The notes below the pieces were generated by a model, which ran no database searches, was not told the DNA's origin, and was given only the letters and a program-made list of their open reading frames with translations. Shown one piece after another: positions 9,521-19,350 of a DNA stretch of 64,000 bases (positions within the stretch are counted from its first letter, which is position 1; each line of letters opens with the position of its first letter). The translations under genes and the position numbers were made by a program. The stretch is from Nitrospinaceae bacterium. Its GTDB lineage: Bacteria; Nitrospinota; Nitrospinia; Nitrospinales; Nitrospinaceae. Location of the stretch: NCBI GenBank assembly GCA_965223665.1, contig OZ245011.1, positions 3,552,001 through 3,616,000 of the forward strand, read 5' to 3'.

Positions 9521-12500
9521 TTAAGCAAGATTAAAAACCTGGAGGCGATGGTTGTCAAAGTCTGATACGACTAGCTGGTCCTGAAATATTGAAAGATTCC
9601 CAGTCCTAAGCATTTGCCCATTGCGTGTGCCTTGGTTTTGATAAATTTGTTGAGGCTCTAATTTTTCATTGTATTGAATCACGCGGCAATTCCATGCATC
9701 TGATACAAAAATTCCCCATTTAGGATCGTAGTTAATGAACAAGAACTCATCTAATGAGTAATTTCTCTGATCAGCCGAAAATAATATATTTCCCTTAGAA
9801 TCAAAAATTTTTAATCTATCCTCCGATTGATCCCCCACTACAAATTTCCCATTTGGTAAGCAGTAGATGGCCATAGGATTTTTAATTTTCAGCGTGGGAT
9901 TTTGGGAAGCATCAAGAGTTCTAATCCATTGACCAGTATTTTTGTAGACCACGATTCGATTATTGGAAAAGTCAGCAACCCAAACATCTCCCTCCGTATC
10001 AACTGAACAGGAATATACGGTCCCAAGAGAGTGTTCTGGAGAATTTCCCTGTCCAATAGAGTTTAAAAACTTTCCGTTCGAATCATATCTTTGTATTCGC
10101 TGGTTACCATGATCCACAACTAGAGCCGTATTGTCACTCCCTTGCGTAATTGAATATGGTTTGCTCAATGCACCTGGTCCATTTCCAAACCTTCCAAAAG
10201 AATTTAGAAATAACCCTGATTGAGAAAATTGAATTAATTCATGTTTCGCATGATCTGCAACCAAAAAATTGCCATTGTTAAAATGAGTAACTCCAAAAGG
10301 CAGTATTAACGAACCTGGAGAGTGTCCGAAAGATCCAAAAGAAAAGTTCCAATTCCATGGAACTGAATATTTATTTGTTGAGGTAGAGGATAGACTCTTT
10401 TTATCCAAGAAAGAATTAAATTTGTTAAATAAGTTAATAATGTTAGAGAGGCGAAAAATCATTTTTTCTGCCTGTAAATGACTCGTATTGGTTTCCATTA
10501 ATTCTTTCTGTAAGTTTTGCATTTCTCCGATTTGGTTTATATCATTTGATTGAGAAGCCTGGACAAATTTGCTATCTAGTTCAACTTTTTTGAGCCCGGT
10601 AGTTTTCCAAACTTGAGAATATTTTTTGAGCTTTTCAAGAAAAAATGATTTCTTTTTATTTAAATGATTGATCCAATCAGAGGATAATTTTTGATTAGGA
10701 TCCTCAGAAGTAAGTAGAGCGCATCCGGCTATTAACCCATTCAAGTTGTTTAGTTCGTTTACTTCTAGGGTATGGAACATGCGCAAAAGTATTTGAGCTT
10801 GAAAATCCAGGATGAGAATATTATTTCTTACTAAAATGGGTGTTTTGGAATCCCGAACATCTACCCGGAGAGCCTTTTCTTCTAAATCGGGCTTCTGTGC
10901 AATGATTTCTGTGTATTGGGGGAAAATGGATTCCATTTGCTCTTGAAAAGTATCCAAATTCCTAAGCATTTCTTCTAACTTAGATAAAAATTCATTTTTT
11001 TTATTTAATAAAGTTTTTGGGAAAAAGTTTTTTCCCCATTGAATTCCATTGTCAAGAGTTTGAATAGGCATTTCCCCATTTAGCTGGGAATACATGTACT
11101 TTTGTGGTTCTAATGATTCTGTATCGTAGGGTATGGGGACAAATTGAGATTCAGGTATCTCTTTTAAATTTATAGAAAATTCTTCTCTCCAATTTTTTAT
11201 CCATACATCGAGAAGGTTTCTATAATTGCCGCAAAGAAGCCTTTGTGTTTCTGGAATTTCTTGAGTACCTAAAATAATTCTGGGAATTAAAGTAGAGCTT
11301 TCGGATTCTAATAGTAAATTTTTTAACCATTCTCCTACAAAATTTTTATCACTGTAATTTTGGGCTATGGTAAAGATGTTTTTAGATGTAATTTGAAATT
11401 CAAAAAGGAAATATTTTATTACTTCACTAATTTTATAATTGAGTTCAGTGTGGGTATGGAAATCAATTAACTTTTGGTTGTCCTCATTAATATTTTGAAG
11501 AGAGTAGACTAGTTTTTCTTCATTGGTTTCTTTTTCTTTTAATAGATTTTTTATAAGAGCTCCTGTGACTCGAAAGTTGTTTCCTATTTCTTCTAAAATA
11601 TTTTTTATACTTGTGTCTGTTAGATCTAACTCAATGATTTGAAGATATACTCTATTAAATTTTTGAACCTGGTCTCGATAATTAAAAAATAATTCCCGTG
11701 ATTTGTAAAAAAGCTTTTTACTTTTGTTTTTTAAATCATGTAATTTTTCGTTATAGGACAAAGGGTCTAAACGATCCTCTAGGACCAATTTATTTTTTAA
11801 TTGTTCTTCTTGTACTAAGTTTAGAGTTAATTCCGAGACCTCATTTTTATAATCCAAAATCTTATCTCGTAAAGTATCTAAGGATGTATTCCATAGATTC
11901 TGTAACTCTGAATATAGCGTCTCATTTTCTCTAGCATTGCCCAAATTTGTGGTCAAATGGATTAGGTTCTCAGAATAAAGGTGTAGATCATTTATGCTTT
12001 TTGAACTATCTGCCAACTCAGGCCCATTTATGAGGGAAAGACATGTATTGCGAATTACTTCATAGGATTTTTGAGGATTTTGATTTTCAAGAAAGCATTG
12101 ACTCCATCCAAGTTGGAATTTTGGATTCTTGGGCTGAAGTAAGGCCAAACTTTGGTAAATTTCAGTAAGAGGTTTTGAAGAAATTTGAAATTTGAAAAGT
12201 GTTGTATTGAAAGTCAACCCTACTATTAGGTATCCATTAGAGTCAACTAATAAATTGCTTGGCATTTTTAGGGGAGTTTCTTTTTCGCCGTATTTAAAAG
12301 ATCTTACCCAATGGCCTTGTCGAGTAAAAACTTGAATACGATCATTGTTTTGGTCTGCAATATACAGTAACCCGCTCGGACAACAAACAATGCTCATTGG
12401 ATAAAGAAATTGACCTTCGCCCTGACCTTTTTCTCCAATAGTTAAAATATTACGCCACTCAGAATCAAATTTGAGGACTCGGTGATTGCTGCTATCGGTT

Positions 12501-13321
12501 ATGTAGTAGTTTCCTGAGGAGTCCTGAGCAATACTGGAAGGAAATTCCAATGTGGGTCTAGAAAAAATCTCTAAAGGAGTTTCGTATATAGTTGCTAATT
12601 GATGTTCTATGATGCTTCCACGTGAACCAAGCCATCCTAAAGAGGATCCATCGTTACGAAAAAATTGCACTCTATGGTTTGATCGTTCTACGATAATTAA
12701 TAAAGACTTAGCCTCATCAATTGCAATATCATAGGGTTCATTTAATTGACCCTTTTCTTCTCCGTACTTTCCAAAAGTGAATTGAAATTGTCCCTGTCTA
12801 TTAAATTTTTGGATCCGATGGTTCCAACTATCAGCAACATAAATATTTCCCTCACGATCAACTGCCACACCTTTGGGATATAAAAATTGTCCTTCTTGCT
12901 TCCCTTTATTACCAAAAGTTGTTTTCAAATTGTGTTGGGAATCATAAATTTGAACTCTGTGATTGAAGTCATCCACCACCACCAAGTCTCCTTCGGGAGT
13001 TTCTGCTATTCCCGAAGCAGGAGACAGAGACTCCTTAGGGTCTTGATCTCTAAAAGATTCCAGAGGTAGGATCGAAAAAATATTTTTAATCGCATCTAAC
13101 TTGGACTTGGCTGAAGATTTCTCTTCTTCATTTAAGTTTTGTAAAAGGTCATCTAGTTTTTTTATAAACTTTTGAGATTGAGGTCCCGTGATATTTTTAA
13201 GGTGTTCATCAAGGTTAGATTCAATGGTTTTAATAAAAGATTGGAAAGTTGAGGAAGAGCCAGGGGAAGGCATATTGACAAGGGTTTGAGATGAGTTTTC
13301 CGTATAAACTTGCTGTGTCAT
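9521..13321 (-). CDS. Large protein with N- and C-terminal six-bladed NHL beta-propellers joined by a helical/coiled-coil region
   Basis: Six NHL blades near the N-terminus (e.g. FLYPKGVAVDREGNIYVADSWNHRIQKF) and six at the C-terminus (e.g. DVWVADFSNNRIVVY). No signal peptide visible. Confidence 0.85.
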   Translation of the reverse strand: MTQQVYTENSSQTLVNMPSPGSSSTFQSFIKTIESNLDEHLKNITGPQSQKFIKKLDDLLQNLNEEEKSSAKSKLDAIKNIFSILPLESFRDQDPKESLSPASGIAETPEGDLVVVDDFNHRVQIYDSQHNLKTTFGNKGKQEGQFLYPKGVAVDREGNIYVADSWNHRIQKFNRQGQFQFTFGKYGEEKGQLNEPYDIAIDEAKSLLIIVERSNHRVQFFRNDGSSLGWLGSRGSIIEHQLATIYETPLEIFSRPTLEFPSSIAQDSSGNYYITDSSNHRVLKFDSEWRNILTIGEKGQGEGQFLYPMSIVCCPSGLLYIADQNNDRIQVFTRQGHWVRSFKYGEKETPLKMPSNLLVDSNGYLIVGLTFNTTLFKFQISSKPLTEIYQSLALLQPKNPKFQLGWSQCFLENQNPQKSYEVIRNTCLSLINGPELADSSKSINDLHLYSENLIHLTTNLGNARENETLYSELQNLWNTSLDTLRDKILDYKNEVSELTLNLVQEEQLKNKLVLEDRLDPLSYNEKLHDLKNKSKKLFYKSRELFFNYRDQVQKFNRVYLQIIELDLTDTSIKNILEEIGNNFRVTGALIKNLLKEKETNEEKLVYSLQNINEDNQKLIDFHTHTELNYKISEVIKYFLFEFQITSKNIFTIAQNYSDKNFVGEWLKNLLLESESSTLIPRIILGTQEIPETQRLLCGNYRNLLDVWIKNWREEFSINLKEIPESQFVPIPYDTESLEPQKYMYSQLNGEMPIQTLDNGIQWGKNFFPKTLLNKKNEFLSKLEEMLRNLDTFQEQMESIFPQYTEIIAQKPDLEEKALRVDVRDSKTPILVRNNILILDFQAQILLRMFHTLEVNELNNLNGLIAGCALLTSEDPNQKLSSDWINHLNKKKSFFLEKLKKYSQVWKTTGLKKVELDSKFVQASQSNDINQIGEMQNLQKELMETNTSHLQAEKMIFRLSNIINLFNKFNSFLDKKSLSSTSTNKYSVPWNWNFSFGSFGHSPGSLILPFGVTHFNNGNFLVADHAKHELIQFSQSGLFLNSFGRFGNGPGALSKPYSITQGSDNTALVVDHGNQRIQRYDSNGKFLNSIGQGNSPEHSLGTVYSCSVDTEGDVWVADFSNNRIVVYKNTGQWIRTLDASQNPTLKIKNPMAIYCLPNGKFVVGDQSEDRLKIFDSKGNILFSADQRNYSLDEFLFINYDPKWGIFVSDAWNCRVIQYNEKLEPQQIYQNQGTRNGQMLRTGNLSIFQDQLVVSDFDNHRLQVFNLA

Positions 13322-13433
13322 TTAAACATAACCCTTTATTTAAAACAATTTAATATTAGAACTTATTTAATATAATCTGAACTAAGTTTTTCTCCTAAAT
13401 CTAAGGAGAAATTTAAATACACCTCTAAAGGTT

Positions 13434-13463
13434 GTATCGGATTTTAAAAATGAAATATTTAGA
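13434..13463 (-). promoter_or_regulatory. Putative sigma28-like promoter for the NHL gene
   Basis: Minus strand reads TCTAAAT-N15-TCCGATAC; the spacer is one base longer than consensus. Confidence 0.4.
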
Positions 13464-13542
13464 ACTTACTAAAGAGCTTAAAATTTGAAATGTAATCTTC
13501 CATCATATATTTTGATGATAGACATTTTTAATAAACCAAACT

Positions 13543-15066
13543 TTAATTAGCAACTTCACTTTTTAATTTTACTGAAGATTGGGATGTTTTCTTTTGTAAT
13601 AGTTCTTCAGGTTTGACTATTCTTGTTAAGGATCGACTTTCTCGATAGGCTATTTCACAACCCAGGTAATTCATGTATTCGCACCAAGGAGAATAAACGA
13701 ATGCCCACAGGGGATTTCCTCCTTTTTTCTCAAAAATAAATTTTCGAAAAGATTCTGCGCGTCCCGGTAATTGTTTTCTAGAAGACAATATTGATTCTTT
13801 AGCATGATTCCGAAACATACGTTGAAATAACATTTGTTGGAATTTTAGAGTTCTTGAAAAGCATTCTTTGATACTGAGATTGTGTGAGTGGAAAACAGGA
13901 CTTAGGGGCTGGTAATATGTTTTATATCCTTTTTTCTGCATTCGATGGACCCATTCTTGGTCTTCTCCCCAATCTACGTTTTGGTCAAACGGGTTTTCTA
14001 AAAGAAGGCTTTTAGGTATGGCAGAATTGGCGTTCGAGAAAAAAAAGTCATTGTGTCTAACGATTGGTTCAGAGGAAAATGTGTCATTTAATAACTTTTT
14101 CTCGAACCAACTAGACCAATTGGGAATGGGGAGTTCTCGGCCGAAAACGCCGCATAGGTCAGAATTTTCTTTTAAGGGTTCGATTAAATTTTTTAACCAG
14201 CTATCACTTGCGGGGACAGCGTGAGCACTTAGATTTATGAGAATTTCTGATTGGGCTAATTGTGCGCCAAGGTTTAAAACTGCGGCGTAATGGAACGATT
14301 CTTTTGTTATCTGATAAATTCGAACTGGAAAAGTCTGAGCAATTTCTATGGTTTTATCTGTAGAAGTTGAGTCAATTATGATAATTTCTGGATGAACCTC
14401 ATTTTGCTTTAATATCTTTTCGAGAGTTTGACCAATAAATTTTTCTTCATTAAATGTTCTAATAATAATAGATACTTCTGGAGGGATATTGGAAGTTATT
14501 TGTTTGAGTTCTTTAGGCTCCAATAAATTCTCTTTATTCTGCTGAGTTTTCAGTTCTTTGGGTTTTAACCAAAAATAAAAAAGTGGGAAAAATAAATCCA
14601 AAATTTTCATTAGACCAGAGTAAACAAATTCCTCAATATGAAATCCTTGGAAAAATTTTTTCCAAGTTAACAACCGTTTAGAGCCTTCCTTAGGAAATTC
14701 CCAAACCGCTTCCTTGGCCATTATTTGAGAGAAAAACCTTAAACAAAAGTATCCTTCTCCATTTTTATTGTTGAGCGGTAAAAGAATAGTATTCGGTTTG
14801 AATCCTTTTAAAGATTTAAATAATTGCAGACCGGTTTTAACCGTAAAAGGGCCTGATCCCCAGGAAGTAAATTCATGGGCTTCGCCACTCTTTAAAGGAG
14901 AAGAATCTGAGCCTACCAATACCCAATGGGTAGCAGGGCTTTCATTTTTAAATGATTCTAGAGAATTTAAAATTTGAGTTTCTGGAGCTGTGCAAAAAAT
15001 AAATCCCCAGCTATGATTCTTTAAAAAATCAGGCCACTGAACTTGTTTTTGGTTCTTGGATTTCAT
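13543..15066 (-). CDS. Family 2 glycosyltransferase (rhamnosyltransferase-like) with an N-terminal extension
   Basis: SIIIRTFNE, IIDSTSTD.T, NLSAHAVP, FSNANSA, ED.EW and V.HSH. Confidence 0.85.
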   Translation of the reverse strand: MKSKNQKQVQWPDFLKNHSWGFIFCTAPETQILNSLESFKNESPATHWVLVGSDSSPLKSGEAHEFTSWGSGPFTVKTGLQLFKSLKGFKPNTILLPLNNKNGEGYFCLRFFSQIMAKEAVWEFPKEGSKRLLTWKKFFQGFHIEEFVYSGLMKILDLFFPLFYFWLKPKELKTQQNKENLLEPKELKQITSNIPPEVSIIIRTFNEEKFIGQTLEKILKQNEVHPEIIIIDSTSTDKTIEIAQTFPVRIYQITKESFHYAAVLNLGAQLAQSEILINLSAHAVPASDSWLKNLIEPLKENSDLCGVFGRELPIPNWSSWFEKKLLNDTFSSEPIVRHNDFFFSNANSAIPKSLLLENPFDQNVDWGEDQEWVHRMQKKGYKTYYQPLSPVFHSHNLSIKECFSRTLKFQQMLFQRMFRNHAKESILSSRKQLPGRAESFRKFIFEKKGGNPLWAFVYSPWCEYMNYLGCEIAYRESRSLTRIVKPEELLQKKTSQSSVKLKSEVAN

Positions 15067-16843
15067 TCTGAACTAGTTCCCAATATTGTTTGCGAGCTTC
15101 CAGGTGGTCAGGATTTAAATGCATGCAACTCTTAAAATGTTGAAGTGCCTGGGTAGAGTTTCCCTCTTTTAGATTAATCATTCCTAGTCTATAGTGGGCT
15201 CCGTGACCAAATTGAAGGGCGTCATCATAATCCATTGCGGTTTGATAAATATATTCAAAAAGTTCTCGAGCTTTCTTTAATTGGCCCATTTGCATGAATA
15301 CTTTCCCCATTACATATCTTGAACTTAATACATTAGGAAATTGATCAACAATTTTCTGCCCCTCCTCAAGAGTTTTTTCATATTCACCTGATTCATAAAG
15401 TTCATTTAAGCTTTTAAGCATCTGATCTATTAGAGGCTTATCTTTTTTAAGAATAGCTGTTTTTTCAGAAATGATAGACCGCTTAGGTCGCAAAGTTTCA
15501 TAGGGAGCAGCCTCTCGAAACTCTTTAGCCATGGTTTTTACGGATTCCATTATTTGATCGCTGCTGTAGTTTGGATAACTAACCGTGGTTCCAAAACTAC
15601 CATTGAAATCTTCTAGATCATTGGTCTGAATCCACCCATGGTCCAAGGCTTTTTTATAGAAAGTAGTTCCCGGATGTGGAACAGAAATTGAAACTTGCCA
15701 GCTAGAAATTAATTCTTCTGAGATTAGTTTTTTACCATAATCGATGGTTTTTCTGTCCCCTTCCTTGGTAGACCCAGAGGCTCCAATCATAAAAGTTCCA
15801 TAAATTTCGATTCCCATTTTTTTTGCTGCTTTTAATAATTCATGTAGTCTATCTGCTTTAGTCTTACGGCCAATACTTTGGCCAGTGGCCTCATCCACAG
15901 TTTCAATGCCAAGTCGCAATTTGTAATACCCTGCCTTTTTAAGCATCTCTAGAATTTCTTCATCAATTCTTTGATGATTGGCCATGGCCTCATAATGAAG
16001 ATCATTATTTCCCGACTCAATCAGCGCATTACAAAAAGCCATAATGTCTTTTTTGCGTATGATATGAGTTTCTTCGTTAAACCAACATCCCTCCATTTCC
16101 GGATATTTGCGTCGTAAATTTTCAATCTCTGCAACAATTCGTTCAGGTTTTCGAAATCTCCAATTTTCTTTTTCATAATAAACGGTACCTGCTACACAGA
16201 AGTCGCAGGTGTAAGGACACCCTCGTGAGGCGTGGACTTCAATCTCTCGGTATTTTGTCCAGCGATGGCCTCCACAATAGCTATAATCAATGCGCCGAAT
16301 ATCTTCGTCTTCTGGATCAGGCAACCAATCAATATCCAAAACCTTGCGATATGAATTAGGATAAACTCCTGAAATCGTTTTTGGGTCCTTTCCATTCAAA
16401 ATGTCGCAAACCGCTTCTTCAAATTCTCCGATAAGAGCGTAATCCATTCCATCGGCAAGAACTTCTTGAGGAAATGCAGTGGGATATTGACCTGTGATGA
16501 TAATTCTAGTCCCTAATTTATATTTTATAGCTTTGGCAATGCGCAAAGTTTCCTGATAAGTAACCGTATCGACTTCAAAAATAATCCAATCAGGCTTTTC
16601 CATTTCTAGATATTGAATATAGTCTTCAGCTGTAAACCTCAAGTAAGTTCCGTCGACCATTTTGACGTAATCATTTGGAAATTCGCGCTTTAAAAGAGTA
16701 CTTAAATAAGCTAATTCATACGGATAATATATAAAAACCGGGTAGTTTTTGAACATACTGGTCCACCGGCTTGGAAAGGGACAAACGTAACGATTTCCTG
16801 GGAAACGACCAGGAGGGTTGCAGACTAAAATACGCATTTTCAA
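15029..16843 (-). CDS. B12-binding radical SAM protein with C-terminal TPRs
   Basis: N-terminal cobalamin-binding-type domain, SRGCPYTCDFC, LGIET and PHPGT; TPR-like helices in the last ~130 aa. Confidence 0.88.
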   Translation of the reverse strand: MKMRILVCNPPGRFPGNRYVCPFPSRWTSMFKNYPVFIYYPYELAYLSTLLKREFPNDYVKMVDGTYLRFTAEDYIQYLEMEKPDWIIFEVDTVTYQETLRIAKAIKYKLGTRIIITGQYPTAFPQEVLADGMDYALIGEFEEAVCDILNGKDPKTISGVYPNSYRKVLDIDWLPDPEDEDIRRIDYSYCGGHRWTKYREIEVHASRGCPYTCDFCVAGTVYYEKENWRFRKPERIVAEIENLRRKYPEMEGCWFNEETHIIRKKDIMAFCNALIESGNNDLHYEAMANHQRIDEEILEMLKKAGYYKLRLGIETVDEATGQSIGRKTKADRLHELLKAAKKMGIEIYGTFMIGASGSTKEGDRKTIDYGKKLISEELISSWQVSISVPHPGTTFYKKALDHGWIQTNDLEDFNGSFGTTVSYPNYSSDQIMESVKTMAKEFREAAPYETLRPKRSIISEKTAILKKDKPLIDQMLKSLNELYESGEYEKTLEEGQKIVDQFPNVLSSRYVMGKVFMQMGQLKKARELFEYIYQTAMDYDDALQFGHGAHYRLGMINLKEGNSTQALQHFKSCMHLNPDHLEARKQYWELVQNEIQEPKTSSVA

Positions 16844-16898
16844 TCTCTTTCGTGGAATTTGACAATCAAATTTTAGAATAATATTTAGCTATTTAGTT

Positions 16899-16925
16899 TT
16901 ATCGGTTTTTCTGGTTAAACCTTGA
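16899..16925 (-). promoter_or_regulatory. Putative sigma28 (FliA-type) promoter for the B12 radical SAM-GT2 pair
   Basis: Minus strand TCAAG-N14-ACCGATAA against consensus TAAAG/TCAAG-N14-GCCGATAA, 55 nt upstream of the ORF start. Confidence 0.55.
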
Positions 16926-19350
16926 GGGATGGCTGAGTTGCTTTACAAACGTCCCCATTATCATTCATTTTGTTCCACAGGGCTCTGGCTGAATTGTGGG
17001 ATGGATAATACTCAAGGCATTTTTTTAGCATTGTTTTTTTTTCCTCATTTTGAGAAAGGAGTGCCAATCGATACCATGCGCTTCCCAACAGGGATTTGGC
17101 TTTAAAAGTAGCTGTGCATTTTCGAAAAAGTAGTTTGGCCTCTTGGGATCTTCCTTGTTTTTCTAAAGACGAGGCGATGGCATAAGCCAATCTTTCGTTG
17201 TCAGGGTTTTCCTCTATCAAATAATTAAATGTTTCGATTTCGGGCCGCTTATCACTATCGATTTTCGCCAAAGCGAGGGCCGCTGAAACGCGGATCCATC
17301 CTTCGCCAGCAGTTTTGCCACTACGCTTCCAGGCTTTTTTATAAAACCTTTTTGCTTCTTTTATTTGGTTCTTTTTAAGCAGTAATTGGCCATCTTGTTC
17401 TACTTTTAGCGCAATGATCTGTGCCAATGTTTCATTTGTTGAGTCTTTGTTAAAATATAAATTCAATGTTTCTAATTCTGATCGTTTATCAGAATCTATT
17501 TTAGCTATCGCCTGAGCCGAACGGGTTCGGATCCATTCTTCACCCGAATGTGGACCGTTCTGAGAAGTTCTCCAGGCTTGAACATAAATTTTCCTGGCAT
17601 GAACTAATTTCTTTTGGGCAAGTAAAGTGTCGGCAATAGGAAGCCAAAATGCCACGTGTTCTGACATAGCTTTCGATACAAGCTTAAAAAGCTTAAGCGC
17701 TTTAGAATATTTTTTCATTTTTTGAAAGACTAGCCCCTTAATAAACTGTGATTCTAGACTTTGTCCGAATAAGGACTCCTCTTCTTTTATTAATTGATCG
17801 GCTTCTTGAAGCTTTTGATCATCTAATTTAAGTTTTGCTTTTAATAAATTTAGATGAGGGTGATTGGGGATGAGGTTAATGAGTTCTTTGAAATTGAATT
17901 CAGCATCTAAACCAAATAAAGGGTGGCGAAATAAATGAGAAGTTAAGCCAATGCCAAAAAGATCCATGTGGGTTTGTATATACTTAGCCGCTTTAGGTTT
18001 ATTGCCATTCTTAAATTGTTTAAGTGCTTTTTCTAATATTAGATGGGGGTGATTTGGCATCACTTCCAAAAGCTTTTCTGGTTGGTAAGTGAAAGAGTTT
18101 TGTTTTCGTATTTCACTAATTCCATCATGGTTGAAAAGGGAAGATGATATTTTAGGGTTTTTGCAAAATTGAATTAAAGGATCCAATACACGATCCCAAT
18201 AAAAGTTTTTCTTTTCCCTTGAAATATTCTTACGCATTTTTTTCATGGTTTTTGGGTTTGTGGCCATCCATTCAATCGCATCTGCCAACGCCTTATCATC
18301 CCCAAATGGAAAAACACATCCTAAATCCTTTTCTTTTACTAATTCGCTTTGAAAGTTTCCGGGATTGGTGAGTATTGGTAAATTAGCCCATAGATAGTCA
18401 ATCCCCCGGATACGAAAGCAAAAGTGATTTTCTATATGGTTAAAAAAGGTGGAAATTCCTGCGTCTGCTTCAGTTAGATAGTATTCGTGTTGATCATAAG
18501 GAACCCAATCTGAATAAATAAAAACATTTTTGTTGTAGATGCCTTTTTGTTTTGCTAGTTGAATAATTTCTTCGTAAGCGGGTGGAAGTTTATTCCAAAC
18601 AGGATGTTTTTTTCCGGTGAAAACCAACTTTGCATTTGGAAGGCGTTTTTTCAATCTTGCCATAGCCCGAATGGGAGTTAAACTGTCAAACCAATTGGCA
18701 AGTGACCCACCCCATACAATTAAAAAATCCTCTGATCCAACTCCAGGTATTTTATTTCGAAAAAGAGTCTTGCCCTTTTTGGGTTCGCGTCGAGGAAGTC
18801 CAAAATGGGCTACATCAATCAAATTTCGAAATTGAGGATCTTGGGGGTAATCATGGGGGCGCAATCGACCCAATTGAGTAAGCATACCCAGATAAAAATC
18901 TCGGATTTTTTCATTGGGGCATAAAAAAAAGTCTGCTGACGTAAGAAGTCGAGTGACTCTCGATATAGAGTTTGCAAATCGGTCAGATTTTTCTTGAGAG
19001 TTGAACTCTCCAATAGGCATGCTTTCCAGGTTTTCAAAATATTCAGGAACAAGTAAATCGGCGACTATAGGTTTATTATATTTCTTGGCTACAGGAATGA
19101 CAGATAAAGAAATGGAATATACAGTGTTTGCCCAACGAATATCTTTTTCAAAGGTTGATGTTTGCTCGTAGATAATTTGTTTAATAGGAAAATTTTCTTT
19201 GTGGATGTCAACATGAAAAGGAGTAAGCAACCGAACTTTAAAGTGTTTGTTCAGAGTACGTGCAACTTGTAATTGCCGAATTCCCAATCCACCAATCTTG
19301 CCAGTGACAGGTTCAGTAGCAAATATGACAACGCGGTTAGGTTTGGGCAT
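16915..19350 (-). CDS. GT-B (GT4-like) glycosyltransferase with C-terminal TPR region
   Basis: GGLGIR, VWGGSL.NWFD, DWVPY, EN.FCFRIR..DYLWA.LP and F.W..V..PL..FC, followed by TPR repeats. Confidence 0.8.
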   Translation of the reverse strand: MPKPNRVVIFATEPVTGKIGGLGIRQLQVARTLNKHFKVRLLTPFHVDIHKENFPIKQIIYEQTSTFEKDIRWANTVYSISLSVIPVAKKYNKPIVADLLVPEYFENLESMPIGEFNSQEKSDRFANSISRVTRLLTSADFFLCPNEKIRDFYLGMLTQLGRLRPHDYPQDPQFRNLIDVAHFGLPRREPKKGKTLFRNKIPGVGSEDFLIVWGGSLANWFDSLTPIRAMARLKKRLPNAKLVFTGKKHPVWNKLPPAYEEIIQLAKQKGIYNKNVFIYSDWVPYDQHEYYLTEADAGISTFFNHIENHFCFRIRGIDYLWANLPILTNPGNFQSELVKEKDLGCVFPFGDDKALADAIEWMATNPKTMKKMRKNISREKKNFYWDRVLDPLIQFCKNPKISSSLFNHDGISEIRKQNSFTYQPEKLLEVMPNHPHLILEKALKQFKNGNKPKAAKYIQTHMDLFGIGLTSHLFRHPLFGLDAEFNFKELINLIPNHPHLNLLKAKLKLDDQKLQEADQLIKEEESLFGQSLESQFIKGLVFQKMKKYSKALKLFKLVSKAMSEHVAFWLPIADTLLAQKKLVHARKIYVQAWRTSQNGPHSGEEWIRTRSAQAIAKIDSDKRSELETLNLYFNKDSTNETLAQIIALKVEQDGQLLLKKNQIKEAKRFYKKAWKRSGKTAGEGWIRVSAALALAKIDSDKRPEIETFNYLIEENPDNERLAYAIASSLEKQGRSQEAKLLFRKCTATFKAKSLLGSAWYRLALLSQNEEKKTMLKKCLEYYPSHNSARALWNKMNDNGDVCKATQPSLKV

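Noticed and set aside
13389-13411. Inverted repeat TTTCTCCT-N7-AGGAGAAA upstream of the NHL gene
   Set aside because: Short, AT-rich and lacking a second instance; no function can be assigned.
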